A DNA stretch of 64,000 nucleotides from Haplodiscus bocki. Lineage: Eukaryota. How positions within the stretch are numbered: position 1 is the first letter of the stretch; each line of letters begins with the position of its first letter. The stretch is taken from NCBI GenBank assembly GCA_965655095.1, contig OZ296648.1, forward strand, positions 91,884,001 to 91,948,000, in the 5' to 3' direction. The position numbers and the translations under genes are program-made. Shown piece after piece: positions 1 through 12,900 of this stretch. The notes beneath the pieces were generated by a model that had not been told where the DNA came from, ran no database searches, and saw only the letters and a list, made by a program, of their open reading frames with translations.

Positions 1-1402
1 ACAAAAGAACAAGCCGGCACAACTTAATTGTTCTCTTTAAAAACGTGGACCAGACCGTTATCTTTGCCAATTGAAAAATGGCTGACGGCAGACAAAAAAA
101 AACCCAGAAGTTTCGGTTTGTTGTTCTTTCTAGCCGGATATCTAGACAAGAGGCTTTTCTTTCCTTCTCTGGCCAAGGGAGTGAGAATACCATGCGATTG
201 CTGACTGTCAATCAAAGATTCTTGGGAGAAAAGGCTGTAAAATTGCGGGTTGATCCATTTATTGAGATGTGAGGGGCTTGTTAATCGATGTGAGTGGTAA
301 AAGAAAGGCGGTAAAGTGGTCCCACTGACCTTTTCCCAGGACGCTAGTTCTCTTCCGTGGCGGTTTTCTTGGTTTACTCAGTTAAACTCAATTCATCAGT
401 TGAACAAAAGGAAAAAAGAAAGGACTTGAGTCACGTGTCCTTTCATTTGCTCTTGCTAAAACTTTGCAACCTTCTCGAATGGTACTCCCTCGGCAGCTAG
501 TTGCTACGTTCATGTGGCGTTGAAAAATAGATCTAACAAAAGTCCGTGGATCAAAATGTGCGGAACTGAAAGAACTGCGTGAAATTTTTCGTAATCATCG
601 CTGTTTTTATGTTTCAGTATCATCGTGATTTTCATGCGTGGTTCACTGTTGTCAGTGTTGTATGGGGTTGTATGCGTAGAAAATTGTGAAAACGGTTTGC
701 ATTTCTCTGTCTGTGAGCTATTTAATGCAATTTCTCTGATGCGCTAGCGTTTGCAATACAATGATGTTTTCTCGAAAATGTGTTCTTCCGTTTACGTGTT
801 GTTATCCGATTGATCAAGCCCGATAGTCTGTCAGGGATACTGAGATGTGTATTTTGACAATTATTTGTAAGTTCCCATTTTTACAGACTCTCTTGATCGT
901 GTCTGCGTTGCCTATTGAAATAGCCGTGTCCCCGACACAGGTTGAAGACGGAGATTCTTCAAACGCAGTGCCCCTTGTGTTGGTGGGATAGACATTTTTA
1001 AGGGCAGTCGAGATGGTGTAGCCATGCTGTGATTTGGCTCGCGAAGCAGAGCGTGATTCGGAACTGTTCAGAGTCTCGAAATCGTATCCCTTCAGTAAGT
1101 ATACTTTTGTCTTCTACTGGGTTGTTTGCGAGCTTTGGATGAAGAGTGTTCGGTTTTCAATCACGGTATTCACGATTGCTGCTCTGTTTTAGCTACTGTT
1201 CCTCGCGTGCAGATCTTGTATCATCTGTGAGCTCTTGTTGATCGGCAAGATTACTGGTATGATAAAAAGCTGATGTCAGTGTCGTTGGCCAAACGGTTTT
1301 ATGATTTGTGCAATGGTTCAATGATTATATATCTCTCATCTGGTGGTCTGGTTGGGTGCACAAAGTCAACTGTCTGACCACATCTGACCGTCTGTTTTGC
1401 TT
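1..1402 (-). mobile_element. Decayed internal (leader/gag) region of an LTR retrotransposon, running off the left edge
   Basis: Lies directly downstream (minus strand) of the PBS at 1403-1413. No intact ORF. The minus-strand translation at the window edge reads ...VVPACSF, compatible with the start of a gag Cys-x2-Cys knuckle. Confidence 0.4.
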
Positions 1403-1413
1403 GTTGGGCGCCA
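1403..1413 (-). promoter_or_regulatory. Primer-binding site complementary to the 3' end of tRNA-Lys
   Basis: Minus strand reads ...GTAACGTCA|TGGCGCCCAAC. This is an 11-nt match to the classical Lys1,2 PBS (TGGCGCCCAAC...), immediately after a CA dinucleotide expected at an LTR end. Confidence 0.6.
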
Positions 1414-1866
1414 TGACGTTACCTTGAGGGTGTCGGCTATGTCGATGGAGGCCTTCGAGTCGCGTATTAGAGCCATTCTGATGGAGGCTTTGGGCCCTAG
1501 TCTTAGTCCTAGTGGTGTAGTGCTATTGAAGCCGTCTCCATTGGATGTTGTTTGTTAATCAAGTTCCATAGTCCTAAAGTTGCTACAGTTTCAAGCCGTG
1601 AAAACGATCAGTACCTTATTAATCTGGTTCCAAATTGCAATGCAGCGCCTCGAAAGTTTGATCTCCGCTTTCTTTAAAAAAACGACAACAACGATGACAA
1701 TGGAGTCCTTTTGTTTGACTCAATTCTTCAAAAGCATCGACATAATAACAAAAGGGAAAGAGAGAAAGAGAAAGGAGAGGGAGAGAGAGAGATAGAGAGA
1801 GATGGAGAAAGAGAAAGAGGGACCTTTTTCTTCAATTCCAGGATTTGTTTTGTTTGTTTCTACACA
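1414..1866 (-). mobile_element. Putative 5' LTR (distal boundary uncertain)
   Basis: Ends in CA adjacent to the PBS. The far boundary is guessed from a minus-strand TG(TGTAG) at 1866. No second copy in the window to confirm it. Confidence 0.3.
1755..1821 (+). repeat. Imperfect GA-rich microsatellite
   Basis: gggaaagagagaaagagaaaggagagggagagagagagatagagagagatggagaaagagaaagagg. Confidence 0.85.
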
Positions 1867-2789
1867 AACTGTGCAAGTATATTTTTATCAATTTAAACTT
1901 CTAGCATTCGACATATTGGACGGTTACAGAGAAAAAACGGGAAAAAAATCTTTTTTGAATCAGAATGTTTGACAGTTGAAACTTTCGTGTTTTGCTCATA
2001 CTGTCACATGTTCAAAAATGGCGGCCAGGAACAATCGGTTTGAGTGTTCGTCTTTTGTTATCGGGTTTAGGTGAGTGGACGGCACTTGCGAAAGCTTCAA
2101 AAGTATAGCTACCGTGATGTTTTTTTCGAATAAACTCATCGTATTCAATTGCATGAGAAAAGTCAGGGGCAACACAATGTTGGTTATCGGACTCTGAGTG
2201 TACTTTGCTTTGCTAAAAACCCAAGTTAGACAGGAGCGTTGAAAATTTTCCTTTTTCTGGAGGCAGCAAGTGTGTAGGTCCCATAGTTAGCAGCTGTTTA
2301 GCAAAATAGACTACTTAATAGAGGAAGAAATTCTTTCTCGTTGGAGTTAACTACGGGATAATGTTTTTCGATTTGTGAAAACAACAGGATAGGTTACTTT
2401 TGTAAAAAAAAATGTCCTAAGTCCATTTCAAATCAGATTTATTTCCTGAGCCTGGATGTTTTTATGCCTTGACGTTTTCCAGATAATCAATTTCATTGTC
2501 AATAACAGAGCCTCTGAAAACCACAGTTCGAACGAACTCTACTGGCCAGGTTCTACTTGTAAAAATGTGTCAGGTACTCACGGAAATTATTCGTAAGTGT
2601 ATAGTAGTGTAAGATTGTCGGCAAATAGCCATTGAAGAGCTTTCATTTCAGTAGAACGGCCTTTTGTTTCATTAGACCCCTCAAAATCACTTCCTAGATC
2701 AATATTTCTCAATCGAATCATTATCCGACGAAACTCAGTGAGAGATAGAAACGATTCCAATTTCTGCCATATGAGCACCATTTAACAAA

Positions 2790-5700
2790 ACAAAAAAGGG
2801 TATATATATATTACATGCCAGCTGTTTACTGTTATTACAATGACAGCATATGAAAGAACTACAATTACTTCCCAGAGCAATTTTTTTCAACAGATATTTT
2901 TTAATTTCGTTCATGTTCATAGGATTTCCTCTTTCACTTATCCCATGTCTATGCAAAAAGTTGTAGCAGTCTTCCATCCGTACGAAACATGAGCCAGGTA
3001 GTTTTAGGGCATCTCTGGTCGGAGTGAAAAGATTTCAAATCTTAAATCTGCATTTGGCTCTCGCCTAATGAAATTCGGCTGATGTGGATAGATTGAAGTT
3101 GTATTTGTTGTTGATCAAGTAAATGAAGAAGCAACTATTCTTGTATTCAATCATGTAGCAAAGCGGTACTAGATTATTTTCCTTTAGACGGTCTTCGCAA
3201 GGCATTTTTTTCCGAATATCCAACTAATGCATCTTTTGTGAAACAATTCCAATTTCTTTAGCATTTTCACATTTGCAGAGAACAGTTTACACCCGTACAT
3301 TAAAATCGACAAACCATTAACTTTACTCTCTGTATTAACTCAACTGTATTCCAAGGTACAGTTTGTTTCAAGTATTAAAAGGCTTTGGAGGCACTAGTTA
3401 ATTTGGAAGCAATATGAACTTCCCATTTTAGGTTGGTCGAAAACGTACTTCCCATGTCCTTATGGGCTGAGACATGCTCCACTGGATCTTGTCCAATGAA
3501 AACGTTTCCGTCGCCTTTCAAGATTAAACGTTTTGACTTTTTGGCGTTAATGAGCATGCCGTGAGCGATGTACTATGCAGAGGGTCTGGCTAGGTTGTTC
3601 TCAAAATTAGGCGATGAAAATAATAGCTTTGGATCGTTCGCAAAGACCAGGACATTAAATCCAGGAAGACAGATGGTAAATCATTAACGATTTTTGTGAA
3701 GAACAATGGGACGATAACCAATTCTCGAGGCACCCCTCTAATAACAGGCCCAGAAAATGATAAAATATTATTAATAGAGACACACCGGTATGGATTTTGC
3801 AAATAGGGCTTAATAAAAATGATAAAACTTTAATCAAGTCTAAATTTCTTCGGAACCTTGTCGAATGTTTGAGCGTAACCTGGGTAGATGGTGTACAGTG
3901 TTTTGTAGTTAGAGCTATGAACTGTTTGGAGATAATATAATAATTGAAAAACAGCGCTTTTACGTGACTGGAAACCAAACTGTTTAGGACTCATAACATG
4001 TTTGACTTTCTGGCAGATATTACCAAACAGTATTTTTTCAGAAAAACTTGAGAGAATTGGAAGCAGACTGGTTGGTTGATAACTACAAATGTCATGTTTG
4101 TTTCCGTTTTTGAAAAGAAGTTGAACAAAGGACGTTTTTCATACGTCTGGACATGTTTGGGTTAAGATAATAGAAGCAGAGAGAGGATAGAGAAGGCTTG
4201 CAAAAAGATCCGAGCAGCAATTTAACAGTTTTGCAGGGCTCTTGTCAAAACGAACGCTAGAAGTCTCTTTCAATTTCAAGATAACTGACTCTATCGTTTT
4301 AACAGATAATTCATCAAACACGTCTTGCATCCTCAAGACATTGGGATAATTCAAATCAGTTCTATCATAAACTCTTGAATTGAGAGTTGAAACAAAGTAT
4401 TCAAAGCAAACACTTGGAATGTTTTCATCCGTTTTCAGAATTTTTGGTTGAAAAAACCTTGAGGCGGGATTGCTGGAGGAATTCATCTTTCTCAATGAAT
4501 GGAATGAACTATCCAGGCAATCTGTACGATAGCCGGCAAAAGATGTAGTTTTGTCTAAGTCAACTGAGTTTTAAAAAGCTGTTCTTGCTGCTTTCAATTG
4601 TGAAAGACTGTTTTGAGAGTGGTTTTTACCACACTTTTATTTTATAATATTTCTTGTTCAGTGAATGGACTGTATGCGGTGAGTTGTAGACAGGAAGTTG
4701 CAACCTTTTCTTGGATTTCATTTTATTAATGCTTTCCGATGAAGACAGTGAATGATCCTAAAAAGGATGGACAGTTGCGTTGGATGGGTAGTCCACAAAA
4801 GTGAAGGATGCCCATCTTTCTTCAAACTTAAGAAATTTATCATGAGAGTTAGGACTGATCCTTGAAGTCAACGGATTCGAGATTGTGACATCTGTATTAT
4901 CATAGAGAGTAAACATGAGCGGATAGTGGTTACCTATATGGCAATTGATATCAAATGAGATATCAAAGGAGCATGGATGTTAGCACAGCACATTATCCAA
5001 TATGTTACCTGCTTTGTGAACACCTGAGAACTTTAGAGGAAAAAGATCAAAAGATGATAATGTGGTGAGAATGTGATTTTCATAATCAGTATGGCTACAC
5101 ATTAGTGCCCCGGTTGCATTTGGCAGGTTTAGATCACCCGTGACACTAAGCGATCTCTTATAGTAACATGGTTTCATCTTTTTCGATCCATCAAGGAATT
5201 CGATGATGAATTGACGAAAAACATCACAAGGGACAATGAGTGAAATGTTTTTGGGCGCTAAGTAGACCAGAAAAATTTGTAAAGCAACATCGTTTTGTAA
5301 GAACAAGACAACACCAGAGGTGAAGTCAAATTTATCAATCGAGGTGATTTCAATCAACATAGCAGTCAGAGAGCGTCTGAGAATAAGAGAAACACCACCG
5401 TGCTTGCCATTTTGCCTGTCTGCCCTGCTAAAAATACCAAACTGCCCATAAAGAGACAACGTTCTGTTATCGTATTTATTATGAAGACTTTTTTTGGTAA
5501 CCAGAAAAAAATATCAATGTCATAAAGATTGATGTAGTATAGCAAAGTGCTATATTTTTCTAAATTAACAGAGCACGAGCATTTAAGAGACAGCAGTAGA
5601 AATTTTGCCGAAGTCGAAAATTAGATGATGAAGATTGTTTTAATTCAAGCAAAATTTCCTCGAACGTTTTGTTTTCGTCTACGGCAGTTCCATTGTAGTT

Positions 5701-6964
5701 TAACTTCTGATTTCGAATTCGGACTAGTCCTTTGTTCCGTCCTTCGTTAGCTAGAATTTAGCGAAGCTCAGGAAATGATTTCTCCTTCAGCTTTTCTTTC
5801 CACAGAAGCTTTGGTAATGTAATAATTTTAGACCCCAGGAATGTTTGGCCTTTTAAATTATCATTCGCTTGTCGAAAATTGGTTGAGATGAACTTCGATA
5901 GGTCCTGGCCTCACGTTGGTGGGATTTAGTTTACCTAAGCGTGAGACTGCTTTGATGCAGCCAGAATTGACTTTCATTTTCTGAATACTTGCTCAACTGA
6001 AGCTTTCGAACTGGTTTCAGAAGTGGCAACAGACAATTCAGCATTGTTATAAAGCAGCTTGGCGTTGCATGAACTATTGACGTAATCAAATTCGCCAATG
6101 TTTTCTTAACTACAACCGCCCAGATTTTGTTCCCAGGTAGTGTTTTTGTAACAGTAACACTCTCATCAGGTTCACAAGCTTTAACTGTTTCGTTTAGATG
6201 GCCGAGTTTGTCATTAAATTGTTTGTATTCGCATGTCGTCAATTTTGCTTGTTTGAGCTGCGATGCAGTTTCTCGTAAAAGGCAGAGAAGAGAGTGTTCA
6301 GTGAGTTTTTCTCATATTAGACATTGGAGCGGCTCAGTGTTCGTTTGAACCAACTCTTCGACTGTTGGGTAGTAATATTTGCTACTGGTGGAACCAGTGC
6401 GAGATTTTGCAGGGTCTCTTTGCATCTTTGGCTTCTAAGTTTCACAATACATAGGCCAATCCAAGACACAAAAGTCTCAAAAGCTAGCATAGTATAATGC
6501 AACTGACTTGCCAATTGTTAGATTTCTTTGGTCTCTTTGTTGTATCTCTTGCTTCCGGGTCTTCTTTTGGAGTTGGATTTTCTGCTTTTCGATCGTCTGT
6601 TTGAAGTCAGTGATCGAAGGTTGCGTCGATTGTGAATGACTGTTTCGACAAACTGTGTGTCGATGACAGTGTTCGGGTGGAACTCTAAAATCTGATGGTT
6701 GTACCAAATTGACTTTATTCCTCCCAGAGGGAAGGGTTTTTTGGCGTTTATGGTGAGCATTCCGGATTTCTGGCCTAGGCCATTGAATATGTGGGGTACT
6801 GTTTCCTTTTTTTCATGAACAATGGCACTGAATTTCACCGCACTTTTTTGTTACAGATCAAGTAGTTCACAATGTTGCAAGCAAGTGTAATTGTTGCTTT
6901 TGTGTTTGGTAAGAGAATTACCGAGTGCGTCGTGGCAAAGAATGGGGTCACCTCTGTCTTTGAA
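2790..6964 (-). mobile_element. Degenerate CR1-like LINE (ORF1 about 6838-5630; APE-RT ORF2 about 5600-2830)
   Basis: Fragmented minus-strand ORFs. APE motifs: RADRQNGKHGGV, VTGDLNLP, HKAGNILDNVL. RT motifs: GVPRELVIVPLFF..VNDLP, HKDMG..FSTNLKW..HI. Cys-rich C-terminus ICCHC. ORF1 remnants include a Cys-x2 element and an IRNQKL end. Many stops and frameshifts. Confidence 0.85.
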
Positions 6965-6965
6965 T

Positions 6966-6967
6966 GA

Positions 6968-7002
<35 letters not shown>
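6966..7002 (+). repeat. (GAAA)n microsatellite, the 3' tail of the adjacent LINE
   Basis: About 9 GAAA units directly next to TTTATT (7005-7010; AATAAA on the minus strand). Confidence 0.9.
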
Positions 7003-7003
<1 letters not shown>

Positions 7004-7153
7004 CTTTATTTTCCACATGCGCATCTTAAATAACATATACACTTGAAAGGAGAAATATCCTGCATATGCTCATGTAAAGGACCCTCTATGAGGTCTTAAC
7101 TTTTTCGAGAGAGGACCGGAAAGCTCCAAAGCTATGTAGAAGCATTCGTTAGT

Positions 7154-9980
7154 TTAGTTTCTCTGACTTCGAAATATGAGTTCGGCTAGGGTCTCAGGGC
7201 AGCTGCTGTTTTTTGCTTCTCTTACCTTATGCATTAGTTGGTTTTCTGACCATTGAAGTATGTTATCGGTAGAGTTATAATTTGCGATGAAGTAATTTAT
7301 TACTTTTGAACCGCGGTTTTTTATAGACTGCTCTTCTCGGAAGTTCGAAGCACGAAGATGGTAAAAGGCACCGCTACTTACACTCCTCGTTTCATGAAAT
7401 TTAAAACCTGTCTTGTAGAAGCTGTCAAGAAAATAGGAGCAGTTTTCTCCGTGCACTGATTTAAGACAGATTTTAAAAAGCTCCATAGCATACAACTCGA
7501 ACACATTTAAAAACCCATTATGAAAGAACAGTTCTCGACTAGGGTGAAATTGCGGCTTGAAGTGAAATAATCCGAGTACTTTTTTTGAATGATGTAAATG
7601 GGGTTCAATTGGTAACTTGATGTACAACCATAAACCAACAAACCATATGTCATGATTGGTTCGATATATGTTGGCTAATACTCCAGTAAAGTCCACCTGG
7701 GTACGTAATGTCTCAGTCGAGCTACGACGGACATTTGCATCGAGAGTTTTTTCACTACGTGTTTGATATGGGAGTGAAGCGAGAGTTTAATATCAATATG
7801 AATCCCCAGATACTTTGCACTTTCGTCATTTACTAAATTTACACCCATAAACTGAACATTAGATGTATGGTTGAATTGCAGCATTTGTGTTTTTGGAATG
7901 TTGAAAGCTAGCTTATTTAAACTCATCCACGATGGAACATTCATTAGTTCTTCTTTGTCGAGACACGAGGTCAATGATTTTTTTAAGAGTATATCAAGTT
8001 TGTGTCATTTGCGAAAAGGTACGTGCTCACATTTGGGCAACATTTAGGAAAGTCATTTATGTAAATAATAAAAAGTAAAGGACCTAGTATCGAGCCCAGT
8101 GGGACACCACAATTGATCGGCTCGAAGTTTGACCATTTATCGTTTACAAACACAGTCTGTTTCCTGTTTCTTAAGTATGGTTGACACCATTTATTCACAA
8201 TCCCCCTGACACCGCATTGTGACAGTTTTTCCAATAATCTGTAATGACTAATGGCCTCAAAATCTTTTCGAATGTCTTGCATATTTTTGGTAACTTCTTC
8301 ATCAGTGCCTGATCGTATGTTCTCAGTGATCTCTATTAGCGCATCTACAGTTGAATGCTTAGATCTAAATCCAAATTGCTTCTCTTAAAATATGTCGTTT
8401 TTGTCGAGGAACTTGATTAGACGATTGTACATGATTTTTTCAAGTACTTTACTCAAAACTGGTAGTAAAGAAATTGATCTATAGTTATCAACGTCGGTCT
8501 TACTTCCAATTTTAAGTAGTGGAACTACTTTGGCAATTTTCAGGTAGTCTGGAAACTCGCCTTGAATAAAGGTTAGATTTTTTAACTTTTGTAGAAATGG
8601 GACTACAGCCAAAGCAGATATCTTCAAAACCTCAGCAGAAAGTTCATCGATGCCGGATGCTTTGCCATTTTTAAGATCGGCAATTGAACGATGGATTTCG
8701 TCTAATGATGTTGGGTATAATTACATGCTATTCAAAGTACGCTGCGACTGGAATTCTTCAACCGACATTGCAGATATGGATCTGGAGACACGTTCACCTT
8801 GTGAAGTAAATCTTTGATTAAAAAAGTCTGCTAGATTATCTTCCCGAACGACTACATTGTGTTCCGGTTCAAGGATGCGAACTTCATCCTTGGTTACGTT
8901 CCTTCCAGATAATTGTTTTGATGCCCTGTAAAACCGCCTGGGTTGTTCCATTTTATTCTCGAACTTTCTGTTGTAGAAATTGTATTTCTCACTTTTCTTC
9001 AAGCGATTTGTATGGTTTCAAAATACCTCAGTTTGTTTGCCGGTGTTGGGTTTGCAAGATATTGCTTCAGATATTTACCACGAAGTAGAATTTGATTTTT
9101 AATCCTGTTGCTATACCAAAGTATATTGTTTTCTTTTTGGACGAGTTGTTTTTCAACAGTAAAACTGACGCTGGTTTCGATTATCGCTTGAGTCAAAATA
9201 GAAAAATTATCATTCACGTCTGAAGCAAATGGGGTATGTAACAATCTTTCATGAAGACTACGCAGATAAAGCACTCTTGAATCTTCGTCGGTTGAAAAAC
9301 TAATCAATTTTAATTGAGTTATCACTTTGCTCTTTTGTTCGACAGTATGGTTTTATCATTTTCGTTGCATAATGATCTGTTCTAGATAGATTTATTACAT
9401 CATATGTATTTGCCAAAATATTATTGTGAAACACATGATCTAGAAGAGTTTTCGATACCGGAGTAACACGGGTTGGCTTTGCTATATGTTGGGTACGGCC
9501 ACTCAATAGCATTGATTCGATATAATTGTTCAAAGTGGTATTGGTTTCAAACAAATTGATGTTCATATCCCCAACAATATAACATGGGTGCTTGGAATTT
9601 GCTAAAACCGAAGACCATGTAGACATTTTTTGTATGAGCGTTAGCTTATCACAAGATGGCGAGTTATACACACTTGCAACCATAAAACAGTTTTTGACGC
9701 ATTTGTACATTTCACTGCAACTGCAGGTAAGCTCTCGTGAAATTCAACAACTTGATAGCGAAGCGATATATGTACATAAATCCCAGCTCCACTTTTTCTA
9801 TTAACTCTTGCGTGCGAAATCAATCTGTGATACTCCGGTATCTCAAATAGACTCAACGTAGACAGCCACGTTTCTGTCAAACAAATAACAGACGGCTTGT
9901 TTAATTTTTGATCTTCAATAAACATCATTAGGTCGTCAAAATGATTTTCGAGCGATCCAATATTCTTTCGAAAAATCCAT
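7154..9980 (-). pseudogene. LINE ORF2 (AP endonuclease + reverse transcriptase), frameshifted
   Basis: APE motifs: VICLTETWL, IVGDMNINL, PTRVT..SKTLLDHVF, TDHY. RT motifs: KIAKVVPLLK, NYRSISLLPVLSKVLEK, GVPLGSILGPLLFIIYINDF, LFANDTNL (catalytic FADD mutated), AKYLGIHID. Split over at least 8 ORF fragments. Confidence 0.92.
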
Positions 9981-10047
9981 TCAATAGCGTCTACTTCTTG
10001 TTTTTTACTATTAGGAGGGTCCCCTATTGAAAATTTAGTTTATCAGC

Positions 10048-10786
10048 TTATACACGCAAGACCAAACACCGATCCCATTTGTATACTTCATGCAATGTTT
10101 GAAAAACAACTTTATCATTATTGGTTTGGTACACGAGTTTTTTCTCCCTGATCATGTTTGTAGCTTTGACATCCGGTTTCTCTTTGAGCGATTTTGGAAG
10201 ACGCTCCCTCAGCTGAGTGATATCATCATCGATATAAATAGGCCTGCCTGACTGATGTCGCAAACCACTTTTCTTTTTCATCAATGCCAGTTTTGTTTCT
10301 CTCCGGACAAACTTCACAATATTAGGTTTACCTGATTGTCCTTTTGCAGGGAGACAATGGCATACACTAATATCAGTCTTACAAATTTCAACACCTGTTT
10401 CTTTCACCACATCCACAACCTGCTGATACACATCCTCTCCTGTTTGCTCTTCCACACCAAATATTCTGACACTCTCTTCGTCCGTATTGTTCATTGGCAT
10501 CCGATAAAAACAATTTTGAGAGCCTAGTCGCTTGTGCTTTCGAATCACCATGAGCTCCCTTCCGCAATTTTTCAATTTCCGTAAAGGCCCAGTTACCACA
10601 AAGAAAGGGTCGTTCAGTGAAATTTTTTGGCAGTCCCGTGGGGAGCCAGACTGGTACCCATGCCACACATCCATTTCCATCTTGACCAGGTCCACTACAC
10701 TCTATCAAGTGATTCTTGCCATCTTCCTCAGTGAACACTTCGTCTGATACTCTAGTTTTCGTTTGGGTCACCTTCTTGGGAGGCAT
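10048..10786 (-). pseudogene. LINE ORF1 (PHD-like N-terminus + RRM/L1-type C-terminus), one frameshift
   Basis: MPPKK... LIECSG...CVAW...FLCGNW (PHD-like), joined by a frameshift to SVRIFGVEEQTGEDVYQQVVDVVKETGVEICKTDISVCHCLP...IVKFVRRETK...IYIDDDIT, typical LINE ORF1 motifs. Confidence 0.85.
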
Positions 10787-11099
10787 CACAATATGAAACT
10801 ATTTAATAAGTTTATCACAACAATGAGCCACGGGTCAATAAATATTGTAGGTTTTTCGATCCTTGTGGGTAAAGCTGAGACCTGGTTTTGCAAAGATCTT
10901 GGCGATAGTTCGTCTAGAATTTCAAGGCGTATTAGTGCAGTTCTTTCTTTGCTCTGTGCAGAAGACTAGCTCCTATTAAGTAGACCATGGCCTCGCTTGC
11001 TCATCCCTGGAACTATTCAAGATAGCAAAGTCTTTGAACTACCGCTACAAATGATATGGACGCCCAAGAAAGGAGCTTATTGACAGATTCCAGACAGCC

Positions 11100-12900
11100 T
11101 GCAGATCAGAAATTTACTTAGAACTGCAAGTGGTCCTGTTTTTTCGAATTGTGAAAATTTAGGGTATCTTTGAAACTTGTTCGGTGTCATTTTGTACCTA
11201 TTTGTTTTGAGATTATTGAACTGCTGCTGAGGCTCTGTTGAAATTATACTCAAGTAGTGATTTTTAGATAAGATGTTGGATCGTTAGCCATCATGGTTGT
11301 GCTTACCAGTAATTATGGAAAATTGGAAAATCCGCTGCTGCTTAGGTTAGTAAAGTTTTTTTGAGTCCTTTGAGTCAAGCTACTAAGATTTCTCATATTC
11401 GTCATACATATTCATGAATTATTCGCCTTGATTCTTCTTTTTTTTTGCTTTGGCATTTATACGACCGACGGGATTTATATATGCCGGATGTCAACTTATC
11501 CCCATTCTCTGAGTTCGCTACATATCACTATTCACACTTATCACAAATAGTATACTCAATTGGGGTAACAACGTGAAATTAATCAAATCTGGATATTCCG
11601 AGTTTATTTCACGGTTTTTCAAGTTTTGACCTGGAGCTGAACTTAGGGGATTCCCGTTTTTTCACGCCAGATCAGAATTATGAGTGACGTTTACCCTTTC
11701 TGTAGCGTCATTATGAAGAGTCAGTTGAAGTCAACTTTTGTCAAACAATTGGTCGCTCGAACTTTGTTGTTTGAATCCAAAATTTCTTTTCAGGCAGCAG
11801 GAGAAATTAGTGAACAGGATTGTGAATCCACGTTGTTCGATACAGACTAAAGCGGGATTGACAACTGTGAAGACAAGTTTTGAATGTAACCGACTTGTTC
11901 AGAGCTCACTTCAACATGTTGCCACTCAAAGCTTGGAACTGAAACAGAGGTATTTGTTCAAGTTTTTTTGATCATGAAAGTTGAACATCTTTCAGTTTTA
12001 CCATCATTGCTTGACAACTTTCATCAAAACTGATTGCATATCATTGAAAAAGTGTCTGATGTCTATCAAAGAAACGCTTGGATCTGGGTCAGGGTCGGGG
12101 TCCGTTGGGTCAAGTAAATTGCTTGGGTCTGTAGTTTTACTCGACGGGACTTCTTTTCGAAATTCGTGGCGACATATTGGCGAGAAAGGTACATTATTTA
12201 TATCAAAGACGTAGGATTTAAAAGTAACCCATTGTTGGATGGACTGTCAAATATTTCAGTAGTATATTGTGTTAGTTGGAAACCGTGTCTGTCAAAATCT
12301 TTGATGAGTTTCCAAATAAATGATTTGCGGAGTCTATTTGGGTCTGGGTCAACTAATGATTGGTAGAATTTGGGTTTGCATCGGAACGCCAGCCCCACTT
12401 CCAAGTCTGATCAGAGAATTGAGCGTTACGCGTCTCTTTGTTTCAGTATGTATTTTGAGCTACCGTGTTTAGCAATTGGCACAGCACATTTTTATCCGAT
12501 ATTCAAGTAATCTTCTGGAATTGATAAATTTTGTGCATTATTTGGCAATCATGGTACAAGACAAAGTCTCCTAATTTTAACGATTTGTGTCATTACTTTG
12601 ATGACCGATTTTGAATCATGACGATGAATGTCATTTTTAAATCCCTGGAGCTAAGTAAAATCATCAATGCACTTCAATACATGAGTGACGATTCATGCTA
12701 TACTATCTAACCGTTTCTGTACCGATAAATGGGTAACGCTCATGCCTTTGGTTTGTGTTAGGATGTTCCATTTGTATTTGCATTTTTTACTAGATTTTGT
12801 TGATCTGATCATTTTTAAATTAAACGTAATAGAAATAGCTCATACTTTTCTCTGGCACCCACCTGTCAATATTTTTCCCAATGACTTGGTGGGAGATGCC
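11100..12900 (-). mobile_element. Highly decayed coding relic, possibly a Penelope-like retroelement
   Basis: Minus-strand fragments in the expected order: NLSIPEDYLNIG*KCAVP (cf. PLE NLS..IP...L.LG.KF..P), later NDPT and PKF...GPL (cf. DPT and PKIHK...PLRPI). DP repeats present. Weak similarity only. Confidence 0.25.

Larger units (their letters stand above)
6965..11029 (-). mobile_element. Full-length but inactivated L2/CR1-group LINE with (TTTC)n tail and 9-bp target-site duplication
   Basis: ORF1 and APE-RT ORF2 are in order. The minus-strand 3' end is AATAAA followed by (TTTC)n. GTCTTTGAA flanks both ends (6956-6964 and 11030-11038). Confidence 0.9.

Noticed and set aside
2587-2781. Separate RT fragment (WLFADNLTLL)
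   Set aside because: Only one short motif; it cannot be separated from chance or assigned to an element.
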